From NCBI GenBank assembly GCA_963662265.2, contig CAXXHA010000039.1, forward strand, positions 1-64,000: DNA of 64,000 nucleotides. The letters are read 5' to 3'. Of the stretch, positions 50,154-59,346 are shown piece after piece (the stretch's first letter is position 1; each line of letters opens with the position of its first letter). Both the position numbers and the translations under genes were made by a program. This DNA is from Spirochaetia bacterium. GTDB lineage: Bacteria > Spirochaetota > Spirochaetia > CADAEX01. The notes under the pieces are model-generated. The model searched no databases, was not told the DNA's origin, and saw only the letters and a list, made by a program, of their open reading frames with translations.

Positions 50154-51452
50154 TTATTTGTTTCCTGCAAATCTGCTTATTGAGTTCTTCAGTCTCTTAT
50201 CAAGGATTTCCCTGTATTCCGAGATTGATTTATAGGGTTTTGATGCGACACCGCTTTCAACAGCTGCCTGGGCAACTGCTGCAGATACTTCAATAAACAC
50301 CCTTGAATCGAACGGTTTCGGTATTATGTAATTCCGGCCATATGAGAGGTTTTCAAGGTTATATGCCTTTAAAACAGTATCAGGGACACTTAGTTTTGCA
50401 ACAGATGCCAGTGCTTTTGCAGCTGCAACTTTCATTTCCTCGTTTATTGCAGTTGCTGCAACATCAAGAGCTCCCCTGAAAATAAAGGGAAATCCCATGA
50501 CATTGTTGACCTGGTTCGGGTAATCAGACCTTCCTGTGGACATTATGACATCTTCCCTTGCCTCAACTGCATCAGGGTAGGTGATTTCAGGATCAGGATT
50601 TGCAAGTGCAAATACAATGGGGTCACTGTTCATTTTTTTAAGCATCGCTTTAGAAACTGCCCCCTTTACAGAAAGGCCGAGGAAAATATCAGCTTCATTC
50701 AGTGCTTCCGACAGAGTCCTTGTTTCTGTAGAAGCTGCAAATTCCTCCTTGAATGGGTTCATTCCCTCTGTTCTTCCCCTGTATATAACCCCTTTTGAGT
50801 CGCACATTATGATGTTTTCTTTTTTTATTCCAAGAGAGATATAAAATCTTCCGCATGCAATTCCCGCAGCTCCTGCCCCGTTTATTACAACCTTAACCTC
50901 ATCAATTTTCTTGTCCGCAATTTCAAGAGCATTCAGGAGGGCTGCACCTGTTATTATTGCTGTCCCGTGCTGATCATCATGGAAAACAGGTATATTCATC
51001 TCCTTCTTGAGGCGGGATTCAATTTCAAAGCATTCAGGAGCCTTTATATCTTCAAGGTTGATTCCACCGAATGTAGGTTCCATCAGTTTTACAGCATCAA
51101 TTAATCTTTCTGTATCTTCTGTTTCAAGTTCAAGATCAAATACATCAACATCTGCAAACCTCTTGAAAAGGACCCCCTTTCCCTCCATGACAGGTTTTCC
51201 TGCAGCTGCCCCGATATTACCCAGTCCCAGGACTGCTGTACCGTTGCTTATAACAGCAACAAGGTTGTTCCTGTTTGTATATTTTGAAAGTACAGACCTG
51301 TCTTTTTTTATTTCGAGGCAGGGGTATGCAACACCAGGTGTATAGGCATAGCTCAGGTCTGCCTGTGTAAGGCATGGTTTTGAAGGTATCACTTCAAGCT
51401 TCCCTGCAGAGGGATAAGAATGGTATTGAAGTGAGTTTTTTTCTAGTTCCAT
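50154..51452 (-). CDS. Malic enzyme (MaeB-type catalytic module without PTA domain); probable oxaloacetate decarboxylase of the citrate pathway
   Basis: [62 protein letters not shown]. Confidence 0.93.
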   Translation of the reverse strand: MELEKNSLQYHSYPSAGKLEVIPSKPCLTQADLSYAYTPGVAYPCLEIKKDRSVLSKYTNRNNLVAVISNGTAVLGLGNIGAAAGKPVMEGKGVLFKRFADVDVFDLELETEDTERLIDAVKLMEPTFGGINLEDIKAPECFEIESRLKKEMNIPVFHDDQHGTAIITGAALLNALEIADKKIDEVKVVINGAGAAGIACGRFYISLGIKKENIIMCDSKGVIYRGRTEGMNPFKEEFAASTETRTLSEALNEADIFLGLSVKGAVSKAMLKKMNSDPIVFALANPDPEITYPDAVEAREDVIMSTGRSDYPNQVNNVMGFPFIFRGALDVAATAINEEMKVAAAKALASVAKLSVPDTVLKAYNLENLSYGRNYIIPKPFDSRVFIEVSAAVAQAAVESGVASKPYKSISEYREILDKRLKNSISRFAGNK

Positions 51453-51473
51453 ATTGATTTTCTCCGTTTGGAA

Positions 51474-51532
51474 AAGAAGCGGAACTGCTTCTGCCTGCTT
51501 TCAGACATAAGGGAAAACAGTTCCGCTTTTTT
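51474..51532 (-). terminator. Intergenic hairpin between the transporter and malic enzyme genes
   Basis: aagcggaactg ... cagttccgctt stem with A/T flanks. Confidence 0.5.
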
Positions 51533-51539
51533 GTTAAAA

Positions 51540-52823
51540 TTAAAGAATTACTTTAAGAATTGCTGTGGCAAGGAGTATCATGAATGCTCCCCCCAGACGT
51601 GATGATATCTGTGCGAAAGGCATGAGTTCCATACGTTTAGAAGCAGAGAGTACTGCAACATCGCCAGTTCCTCCCATATTTGCCATACAGAGACCGCCTG
51701 TGATTGCTGCTTCTGCAGGGTAGAAACCGAGTAGTTTTCCAATAAATCCTGAACCTATGATTGAACCTGCCACTGTTACAACAACAAGTACTATGTACTG
51801 AATTGTAAAAGCTGAAGCAAGCTGCGGAAGGTTGATATATACAATACCTATTCCCACAAGAAGTGCGCTTGTAAAATTGGTTGTAACAAACTTGTACCAC
51901 TGTGCGCATCCCTGTTCATATTTTTCAGGTACAAGGTTTAAGGCCTTGAATACGCCTACAGAGATAATCATGAGTGCATACCTGTGAAGCGGGATGAATT
52001 TAGAAAGGATGTTGCCGAAAATGTAGAAAGTACATGCAACTGCTATACCGATTCCCATCAGTTTGTAGTCAAGAGGAAGAGGTTCTCTTGTTTCCTTGAT
52101 AAAATCTTCCTGTTTTTTCATGAGTTTTCCGTTACCTGAAAGTGAAGGCATGTTTTTGCCGAATTTATCTATAAGACCTCCAAAAACAATTGCTGCAGCA
52201 TTTCCGAGTGCAAGTGCAGGAACCATTATTGATAATATATTGCCTGGATCTTCATTCATTGCTGAACCAAATATTTCAGAAAGTGGTATAGCACCTGCTC
52301 CCATTCCTCCGCCCATGATAGGGAGAGCGACATAAAGAACTGCACGCTGAAATCCGAAACCGATTAAAGCTCCGACAATACCTGTAAGGCCGAGCGCAAC
52401 AATAACACCGCCCAGTATTATGGGAAGGTATCTTACAAATGCCTTAATAAGGAATTCCCTGCTCATTCCAAGGATTGATCCGCATATAAGAGCTGCGATA
52501 TAGAAGTTGAGGAACTGTCCCCCCTTCATGAAAGTTGTAATGCTTTTTACAGGTGCTTCAGGAAAAACGCCGTAATATGCAAGCAGGGCTGATCCGAATA
52601 TACATACAATAGCCCCTCCGCCGAGGTAGTCTTTAACTATCGGTGTCCTGTTTCCGATTTCATCAAGCAGTGCTCCGTAAATCATCATTGCACCAAGAAT
52701 GATGAGCCCGCCGGGCAGTTTCCCCATATACATTGCAACAGTTACAACTGCTGTCAGTATGAGAAATACAGGCCATGAAATACCCATAATCTTATAGGTT
52801 TTCTGTTCTGTGTTTGTACTCAT
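51540..52823 (-). CDS. 2-hydroxycarboxylate transporter (CitS/CimH/MaeN family)
   Basis: LGGGAI, FYIAALICGSILGM, PIMGGGMGAGAIPLS, GLCMANMGGTGDVAVLSA..RMELMPFAQISSRLGGA. Confidence 0.95.
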   Translation of the reverse strand: MSTNTEQKTYKIMGISWPVFLILTAVVTVAMYMGKLPGGLIILGAMMIYGALLDEIGNRTPIVKDYLGGGAIVCIFGSALLAYYGVFPEAPVKSITTFMKGGQFLNFYIAALICGSILGMSREFLIKAFVRYLPIILGGVIVALGLTGIVGALIGFGFQRAVLYVALPIMGGGMGAGAIPLSEIFGSAMNEDPGNILSIMVPALALGNAAAIVFGGLIDKFGKNMPSLSGNGKLMKKQEDFIKETREPLPLDYKLMGIGIAVACTFYIFGNILSKFIPLHRYALMIISVGVFKALNLVPEKYEQGCAQWYKFVTTNFTSALLVGIGIVYINLPQLASAFTIQYIVLVVVTVAGSIIGSGFIGKLLGFYPAEAAITGGLCMANMGGTGDVAVLSASKRMELMPFAQISSRLGGAFMILLATAILKVIL

Positions 52824-52928
52824 AAATTCCTCCGATTTTATTCTTAATCATCAGGTTAAGAGTAAATAACTTATATAGATAGGTTTTGTGAAATATTAAA
52901 AATGTTATATAAATAATCTAAGAAAACT

Positions 52929-52957
52929 AAGTAAAATAACTTTTTAAAGTAAAATAA
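52929..52957. promoter_or_regulatory. Direct repeats upstream of the citrate transporter, candidate CitB-type response-regulator sites
   Basis: aagtaaaataa at 52929 and 52947 (18-bp period). The AT-rich context lowers significance. Confidence 0.35.
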
Positions 52958-53038
52958 ATGAAGTGAGCTGAAAGCTGGTCTGAAGTGGTAATTCGTTGAT
53001 TTACTGGGCTATGAGATTTACAGTTAAATCCTGTTTAT

Positions 53039-53710
53039 TTACTTTATAATCCTGTAGAGTGATTTAGGCCTTCCGCCTGTTCCGTAATATATTTCCGACC
53101 TGATTTTCCCGCTCTCCTCCAGGTAGTCAAGGTATCGCCTTACTGTAACTGTGCTTATGCCTGATTTATCAGATATCTCTTCAGTATCAAATTTTTTTGA
53201 TGCTGTGAATGATTCTATTATATCAATAATCATTTCAAGGGTTTTTCCCTGGAGACCCTTCGGCAGCCTTGTTTTACTGCTTTTCCCTTTTGTAAGCCTG
53301 TCAAACTCCTCCTGGCCTATCGATTTCCTGCTGTCCATCATGTAAAACCGTTCTTTATACTGTTCAAGGGTTGAAATCAGCCTGTCAAATTTAAATGGCT
53401 TGATAAGGTAGTCAACTGCCCCGTATTTAAGCGAAGTCCTGATATCATTGACATCGTTGGAAGCTGTTACAAAGATAACATCAGATTCAATCTGGAGCTG
53501 TCTCATTTTCTTTATAAATGTTATTCCGTCCATTTCAGGCATGTAAATATCTACAACAGCAAGGTCAATAGTGTTTTCGGAAAGAAAGTTAAGTGCTTCA
53601 TTCCCGTTCTTTACAGATTCAATAACCCTGTAACCTTCAACACTTTCTATATATCCCTTGTTTATGTCAGCTACCATCGGATCATCTTCAACAATCAGCA
53701 CTTTAATCAC
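53039..53710 (-). CDS. CitB/DcuR-family response regulator
   Basis: VEDDPMVA, DIYMP, DYLIKPF, LPKG....TL, SRVT-like STVTVRRYLDYL, YGTGGRP. Confidence 0.93.
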   Translation of the reverse strand: MIKVLIVEDDPMVADINKGYIESVEGYRVIESVKNGNEALNFLSENTIDLAVVDIYMPEMDGITFIKKMRQLQIESDVIFVTASNDVNDIRTSLKYGAVDYLIKPFKFDRLISTLEQYKERFYMMDSRKSIGQEEFDRLTKGKSSKTRLPKGLQGKTLEMIIDIIESFTASKKFDTEEISDKSGISTVTVRRYLDYLEESGKIRSEIYYGTGGRPKSLYRIIK

Positions 53711-55314
53711 AGACTTCCCCCTGTTTTCAGGGTTATATTGATTTCAGTGCCTTTCCCAGGTTCCGAAGTTATATCAAATTCCCCGTTCAGATTTTTTATA
53801 CTTTTCTGCACAAGATCAAGACCAACCCCGTTGCTTTTTGATTTTGTTGTATATCCCCGCTCGAAGACAGAATAGGTATCAGGTTCTTCTATTCCGTTTC
53901 CGGTGTCCCTTACTGTAATTTCAATAATTCCGGGATTATCTTTTATCAAGAGGTAAACATTCCTCTCTTCTCCGGCTTTGTTCTCAACTGCTTCAAAGCT
54001 GTTTTCAAGCAGGTTGCCTATAATTGTTATGAGGTCGTTATTGTAGATATAGCTGTCTTCCCCCAGAAATGAGAGGTCATCAATATCGAAATCTATGCTG
54101 AGCTCCCTGGCTCGGCTCAGTTTTCCCAGGACAAGGGCTGCTATTGTAGCATTTTTAATTTTTTTGGTTATTGAATAGGCTCTCTGCTCATGGTCTTCCG
54201 TAATATCCATGATGAAGTTTTCAGCATTTTTGTATTTTCCTGAATGAATGAAACCCAGTATTACATGAAGTTTGTTTTTAAATTCATGATTGCTTGCCCG
54301 GAGCGCCCCTATAATCTGGTTAACACCTGTTATTTCTTCCGCAAGCAGGGTAAGCATTGTCTTGTCCTGAAAAGTGGCAATAGCTCCTGTAATTCTGTTT
54401 CTGTCCCTTATTACAATTCTGTTGGCAACAACAAGTGTCTGATTTATTACATCTTCCTGGTTGTACTGGTTTTCGCCCTGTTTCATAACATCAAGAAGTT
54501 TGGTAGATGGAAAAATATCAACTATATCTTTGCCGATTATTTCAGCAGGATCGGTGTCTACATTGAGGATTTTCAGAGCTGATTCATTTATCATTGTTAT
54601 TCTGCAGCTGTTGTCTATTGCAAGTATTCCCTCATGAATAGCATTAAGCATTCCTTTCTTCTCGTTGTAGAGCTGTATTATTTCATACGGCTCAAGCCCC
54701 AGCAGTGTCTTTTTTATGTTGCCTGCAAGAAGCGCGGATCCTGAAAAGCCGAAGAACAGTGAAATTGCAAAGGAAATATAAAAGAAATAAAGCGACTGAC
54801 TCTTTATTTTAGCAATATTTGAAATCAGTGTTCCTGAGGTAATGAAGCCTATCTGTTTTCCCGAATGATCAATCACCGGGGCAAAAGCTCGGAGCGATTT
54901 TCCCAGTGTCCCTGTTGCAACAGAGATGTAGCTTTCTCCTGTTTCAATTATTCTCTTGTTGTCTCCCCCCACAAATATTTTACCGACCTTCTCCGGATCA
55001 GGGTGTGCATATCTGATGCTGTTCATATCACAGACTGTTATGAATTGTATGTTTGTTAGGGCCTGCCTCTTGTTGTTGACATAACTGTTGCACCTTGTTT
55101 TGTCACCTGTTTTGAGTGAATCTATTATTTCATTATCCCTTGCAAGACCCTGGGCAATATTCATTACTGTGATTTCTGAATAATTCTGGATTGTCTTCAT
55201 CTCCATCCATATGCTGAATACACCGGAAATTACCAGAGATATGAAAATAACAACTGTTGTCAGTATTGTGATTTTTGCGGCAAGCCCTGTCCTTTTTTGT
55301 CTAATATGTTTCAT
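53707..55314 (-). CDS. CitA/DcuS-family sensor histidine kinase (sCache, PAS)
   Basis: RYAHP...G..F.GGD, GTLGKSLR, GLEP.EI, LRASNHEFKNKLHVI, GNLLEN, V.DTG.GI, GVGL. Confidence 0.93.
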   Translation of the reverse strand: MKHIRQKRTGLAAKITILTTVVIFISLVISGVFSIWMEMKTIQNYSEITVMNIAQGLARDNEIIDSLKTGDKTRCNSYVNNKRQALTNIQFITVCDMNSIRYAHPDPEKVGKIFVGGDNKRIIETGESYISVATGTLGKSLRAFAPVIDHSGKQIGFITSGTLISNIAKIKSQSLYFFYISFAISLFFGFSGSALLAGNIKKTLLGLEPYEIIQLYNEKKGMLNAIHEGILAIDNSCRITMINESALKILNVDTDPAEIIGKDIVDIFPSTKLLDVMKQGENQYNQEDVINQTLVVANRIVIRDRNRITGAIATFQDKTMLTLLAEEITGVNQIIGALRASNHEFKNKLHVILGFIHSGKYKNAENFIMDITEDHEQRAYSITKKIKNATIAALVLGKLSRARELSIDFDIDDLSFLGEDSYIYNNDLITIIGNLLENSFEAVENKAGEERNVYLLIKDNPGIIEITVRDTGNGIEEPDTYSVFERGYTTKSKSNGVGLDLVQKSIKNLNGEFDITSEPGKGTEINITLKTGGSL

Positions 55315-56719
55315 CTGAGCTGTTTCTTCCCGCTATTCTTCCGAAGACAATACACTCTGTTATTGCACAGCTGCCCAGCCTGCATGCTCCGTGGATTCCC
55401 CCTGTAATTTCACCGGCAGCATAAAGCCCCGGTATCTTTCTCCCGTCAAGGTCCAGGACATGGGCATCCCTGTCTATCCTTATTCCCCCCATTGTATGGT
55501 GCACTTTCGGCCACAGCCTGATAGCATAGTAGGGTGGATTTGATAATTCTGATGCATTATCTAATACAGGTTTATTATATTCGCTGTCTCTTCCTGATTT
55601 TACAGAGCTGTTGAATCTTTTAATTGATTTTTCAAATTCTGATCTTTCAATAGAATATTCCGATGAAAGTTCGTCAAGTGTTGTGAATTCCCTGACAACA
55701 CCTTTATCAAGGCATCTTTTTATATTCCAGCCTGATACAGAAACTGCTCTCGAATCAGCAATCCCTATGCATGGGTGTCCTCTTTCAAGTATTGCATCGG
55801 ATAATGTTTTCCTGTCTGCAAGCTCATTTACAAAACGCTTCCCGGTAAAGGGATCAATTATCAGTCCGTACTGGAAAACTATATATTCTGAAAAGGAAGG
55901 CCCGTCACCGTATCCCTTTTCATCTGGGGATGCCCAGGGGCCTGTCTGAATATGGGAAAGCTGAACCGGGGCAGCCCCCGCTTTTAATGCCTGTTTCAGA
56001 GGCTGGGCAGTTGAGAAAGGCTGGGTTGTTGATGATATTTTTTCATCAAGACGGGGATCCTGGGATGATCGGAAATTCACATCACTTGCAAAACCTCCGG
56101 CGGCAAGAACTACAGCTTTTTCCGCCCTGATATTCCTTATTATCCCTTTTTTTCTTCCCCTGTAATCATATTCTTCTTCAACAGCTATTCCCTCTATTCT
56201 CCCCGATCCTGATTTTATGAAATTCCTGAAACAGCAGCTGTACTTGATTTCTATTCCAAGCTCTGAGGTTTTTTCTAGCATTTTTTTTATTATTGTGTGG
56301 CCTGTTACCCTGTCTGCAGTGAAGCATCTTGGAACAGAATGCCCGCCGAATATATCAATCCTGTCAAGATATTTAACGCCAAGAAAGTCTCTTGACCATT
56401 CATATGCTTCTCTCGAATTTTCTGTCAGGATTTTTACGAGATCCGGGTTGTTGATCCCGAGACCTGCTTTCATCATGTCCCTGTAAAAGAGTTCTGTGCT
56501 GTCCTTGATCCCTGATTTTTTCTGTTCATCTGTACAGCAGGCTGCAATTCCCCCGTCGCTTATAACTGAGTTTCCTCCGGCAGCTTTCATTTTTTCAATT
56601 ATAAGAACGTCTGAACCTGATTTATTTGCTTCGATGGCAGCTGAGAGACCTGCAAATCCGGAACCTATCACAATTATATCTGATTTGTAATCCCATGCAG
56701 TTTCCGGTGAAATATCCAT
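55301..56719 (-). CDS. Cytoplasmic flavocytochrome-c-type FAD reductase flavoprotein (no heme domain, no signal peptide)
   Basis: IGSGFAGLSAA, GGHSVPR, RFVNELADR, HHTMGG, GLYAAGEITGGIHGACRLGS. Confidence 0.88.
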   Translation of the reverse strand: MDISPETAWDYKSDIIVIGSGFAGLSAAIEANKSGSDVLIIEKMKAAGGNSVISDGGIAACCTDEQKKSGIKDSTELFYRDMMKAGLGINNPDLVKILTENSREAYEWSRDFLGVKYLDRIDIFGGHSVPRCFTADRVTGHTIIKKMLEKTSELGIEIKYSCCFRNFIKSGSGRIEGIAVEEEYDYRGRKKGIIRNIRAEKAVVLAAGGFASDVNFRSSQDPRLDEKISSTTQPFSTAQPLKQALKAGAAPVQLSHIQTGPWASPDEKGYGDGPSFSEYIVFQYGLIIDPFTGKRFVNELADRKTLSDAILERGHPCIGIADSRAVSVSGWNIKRCLDKGVVREFTTLDELSSEYSIERSEFEKSIKRFNSSVKSGRDSEYNKPVLDNASELSNPPYYAIRLWPKVHHTMGGIRIDRDAHVLDLDGRKIPGLYAAGEITGGIHGACRLGSCAITECIVFGRIAGRNSSDETY

Positions 56720-56867
56720 ATTGTTCCGTTCTCCTGTAATAACAAAGGTAAATTAAAACCTGAAATGATGCTTCTTGAATTGAATAATAATCAGCAGTTA
56801 ACTGATTCTAATCTCCGGATTATTGTTTTTTCAGCAAAATCAATAGTCATTATAAAAGCTATCCGGA

Positions 56868-57482
56868 TCAGTCCCTGGCAATTATTTCAATTACATGTTT
56901 ATTGTCAGTATATTTTGAAGTTGTTTTCTCTGAAACAGATAGTTCACTCCAGTTTCTGAAGAAATATTTTACCATTCCAGGAGTAAAGAACCTCTTGTAG
57001 TGTCCCCCCTGGTTGTAGAACCCTTTTTCAAGTTCAATCCCTTTCCCTGCGCCGTGGTTAACATCCCTGTCGGAATTTACCCTTGCAAAGAGATATCCCC
57101 TGTCTGTGAGAACCCTTCTGATTTCATTGAGTATCTTTTCAGTATCTTCCGAACTGAAGTAATGGAGGCACAGGTCTGCAATAACAATATCAAAATAACT
57201 GTCATTGAACGGGAGTTTTTGAATCAGGTCCAGCTGCATTACAGATGCTTCCGGTATTCTTGCCTTGAAAATATCAAGTGCAGACTGCGATATATCTGTC
57301 GAAAGAATATTATATCCTTTATTTATCAATCCTTCACTCAGGTTACCGCTGCCGCATCCCAGTTCAATAATCCTGTCATCAGTTTTAAAAAGATGCATGT
57401 AGCAGTCAAGCCAGAAATCCTTTTCAGAAACTTCAGTATTGCTTGAGTACATGTTTTCCCAGTAGGCTTCTCTGTTTTCCAT
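56868..57482 (-). CDS. Class I SAM-dependent methyltransferase
   Basis: IELGCGSG, DIS, LPF....FD, LHYF, EIRRVL...G. Confidence 0.88.
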   Translation of the reverse strand: MENREAYWENMYSSNTEVSEKDFWLDCYMHLFKTDDRIIELGCGSGNLSEGLINKGYNILSTDISQSALDIFKARIPEASVMQLDLIQKLPFNDSYFDIVIADLCLHYFSSEDTEKILNEIRRVLTDRGYLFARVNSDRDVNHGAGKGIELEKGFYNQGGHYKRFFTPGMVKYFFRNWSELSVSEKTTSKYTDNKHVIEIIARD

Positions 57483-57655
57483 CAGTTGATTCTACATTCT
57501 GTGAAAGCTGAAATCAAGGATAATATTGCCCAAAACAGCTTGTTTCCTGATAACAGTAATTATTCCTGATCGGAAAATGTTTATATGGATGTAACATGGC
57601 TTTTAATATAATAAAGTGTGTTGTATATGGTATGAAAGGGGAGGGTAGGACTATG

Positions 57656-58333
57656 TTATTTTTTTATCTGCCTGCTCAACGATATTTTATTTCCCACTTT
57701 CTGGCCAAGGCCGTAGGATTCAGGGTCAACCCTGTTGTTGATCCTCTTTTTTTTAACTGTTCCGTAGGTTTCATCAAGGTAATTCCTGTTTTCATCCCCT
57801 GTTTTACCTGCCATTGAAACAACCAGCTGCCTGTCATTTTTCCCCTGGTTTTCTCCCTCATCCCCTTTTTCATCCAGCGCCTTGAGCCTTTCATTGATAT
57901 TTACAACCATGCCATACCTGAAGCTGTCAGCATGCCTCACAACAGGGTTGTATTTCCGGCTTATTCTTTTGATAGTCTCATGCAGATATGAAAACAGATT
58001 CTCAGCAGCAGTAACATTTATCTCCCTGCCTATAATGCATACCTTTCCCTCTCCCGGCTTGTGAACAGCTTCGGTATAGGTTGCATTCATGATTGTGGAA
58101 AGAAGGGCTGATTCCCAGTTCCTGAGCCTTTTTTTATTCAGTATGCTCTTCTCAATAACAGTATTTTCAGTATCATCGCAGCTTATGTCTGTCATTGACA
58201 GCCCGTGTTTCGCAAGAAGCAGATGTACTTTTGAAAGGGCAGAAGCAGCCTCGGATTCATTGGGCGATTCAGAGAGCGCAATCAGTTTTCTGATTTTATC
58301 CAGTATTATACTGTTGTTGTTTTCATTATTCAT
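57656..58333 (-). CDS. DUF2786-domain protein
   Basis: ILDKIRKLIALSESPNESEAASAL.K...LL.KHGL; SF..G motif; Y..G...G..I.L C-terminus; SD aaggag. Confidence 0.8.
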   Translation of the reverse strand: MNNENNNSIILDKIRKLIALSESPNESEAASALSKVHLLLAKHGLSMTDISCDDTENTVIEKSILNKKRLRNWESALLSTIMNATYTEAVHKPGEGKVCIIGREINVTAAENLFSYLHETIKRISRKYNPVVRHADSFRYGMVVNINERLKALDEKGDEGENQGKNDRQLVVSMAGKTGDENRNYLDETYGTVKKKRINNRVDPESYGLGQKVGNKISLSRQIKK

Positions 58334-58547
58334 ACTTTATTCTCCTTGATTATAATTTAAAGGTATATACCTTAAAACACATATTTTTCAGTATTTTCAA
58401 TAACAGGCAGTGCCAGTAGTTTCATTATGTTTCCTGACATGTTTTTATTTGATTTTGATAAAGGAAATGTATTTCCATTCGTGGATTGGTAATATTATCC
58501 GGATTGGTATTTATGTTGGCAGCAATACTTTTTTAAATTTAAAATTT

Positions 58548-59124
58548 AACTACCAGCTATGCTGGTAAGTTTGGAAGGGTTTTACCGCTCATTCGTTATA
58601 AAATCCCCCTGAACAAATAAATGTTACAGGAGGATAACAATTGAGTAGGTTTAAATTATCGCATGTGGTATGGGATTGTAAATACCATATTGTGCTGGTG
58701 CCGAAGTATCGGTATAAGGTCTTTAATAGGGAAGTTCAGATATTCGTAAAAGAAGAACTGAAAAAACTCTGTTTATAGATGAAGATTGAAATAATTGAAG
58801 GCCATGTCTGTACAGACCATGTACATATGTGCGTAGCCATACCACCAAAGATAGCAATATCGGATGCTATAGGAACTTTGAAGGGAAAAACAGCAATAAG
58901 GTTGTTCAATAAGTTCCCTGAGCTGAAAAGAAGATATTGGGGGAGTCATTTCTGGTGTAGAGGCTATTATGTCAATACAGTAGGCAGGAATGAAGAAATG
59001 ATAAAAGAGTACATAAAGAATCAAGACAAACTTGATAGAATGGAAAATCAAGGAAGATTGTTTAAGTAAAAAAAGCCCTTATAGGGCGAACTCAAACCAC
59101 CACCTCTGGTGGTGGTAGTTGATT
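58548..59124 (+). mobile_element. IS200/IS605-family insertion sequence (tnpA only)
   Basis: Left hairpin taccagc-tat-gctggta (58551-58567); right hairpin accaccacc-tct-ggtggtggt (59096-59116) plus agttgatt; no terminal inverted repeats; encloses a Y1 transposase. Confidence 0.88.
58641..59069 (+). pseudogene. tnpA: IS200 Y1 HUH transposase with in-frame TAG at codon 46
   Basis: TTG start after aggagg reads MSRFKLSHVVWDCKYHIVLVPKYR...KLCL*MKIEIIEGHVCTDHVHM...LKGK...FWCRGYYV.TVG...YI..Q. The TAG at 58776 sits where Trp (TGG) is usual. Confidence 0.88.
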
Positions 59125-59146
59125 GTTTTTTTAAAACGCCTGTCTG

Positions 59147-59344
59147 TCAGTAGTTTTTTATTTCTTTTACACGTCCGACATCGCCCGACTCAAGCCTTAC
59201 TTTTATTCCATGCGGATGAAAAGATGAATTTGTAAGAATATCCTTCACTGTTCCTTCAGTCAGTTTTCCGCTTCTCTGGTCCTTCTTGAGTACTATGGCA
59301 ACTTCAGCACCCGGTTTTATATCGCTTCTGTTTCTTCCGTCCAT
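59147..59344 (-). CDS. YwbE/DUF2196 family protein
   Basis: IVLKKDQRSGKLTEG.VKDILT.S..HPHGIKVRLE.G.VGRV. Confidence 0.9.
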   Translation of the reverse strand: MDGRNRSDIKPGAEVAIVLKKDQRSGKLTEGTVKDILTNSSFHPHGIKVRLESGDVGRVKEIKNY

Positions 59345-59346
59345 TA

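Noticed and set aside
58483-58510. Direct repeat ggattggta x2 near the IS left end as a target-site duplication
   Set aside because: Both copies are on the same side of the element, and IS200/IS605 elements do not create target duplications.
58776-58778. Amber read-through (pyrrolysine or recoding) in tnpA
   Set aside because: Other genes here end normally at TAG (for example amtB, glnK, larA), and no pyl genes are seen. A TGG-to-TAG nonsense change is simpler.
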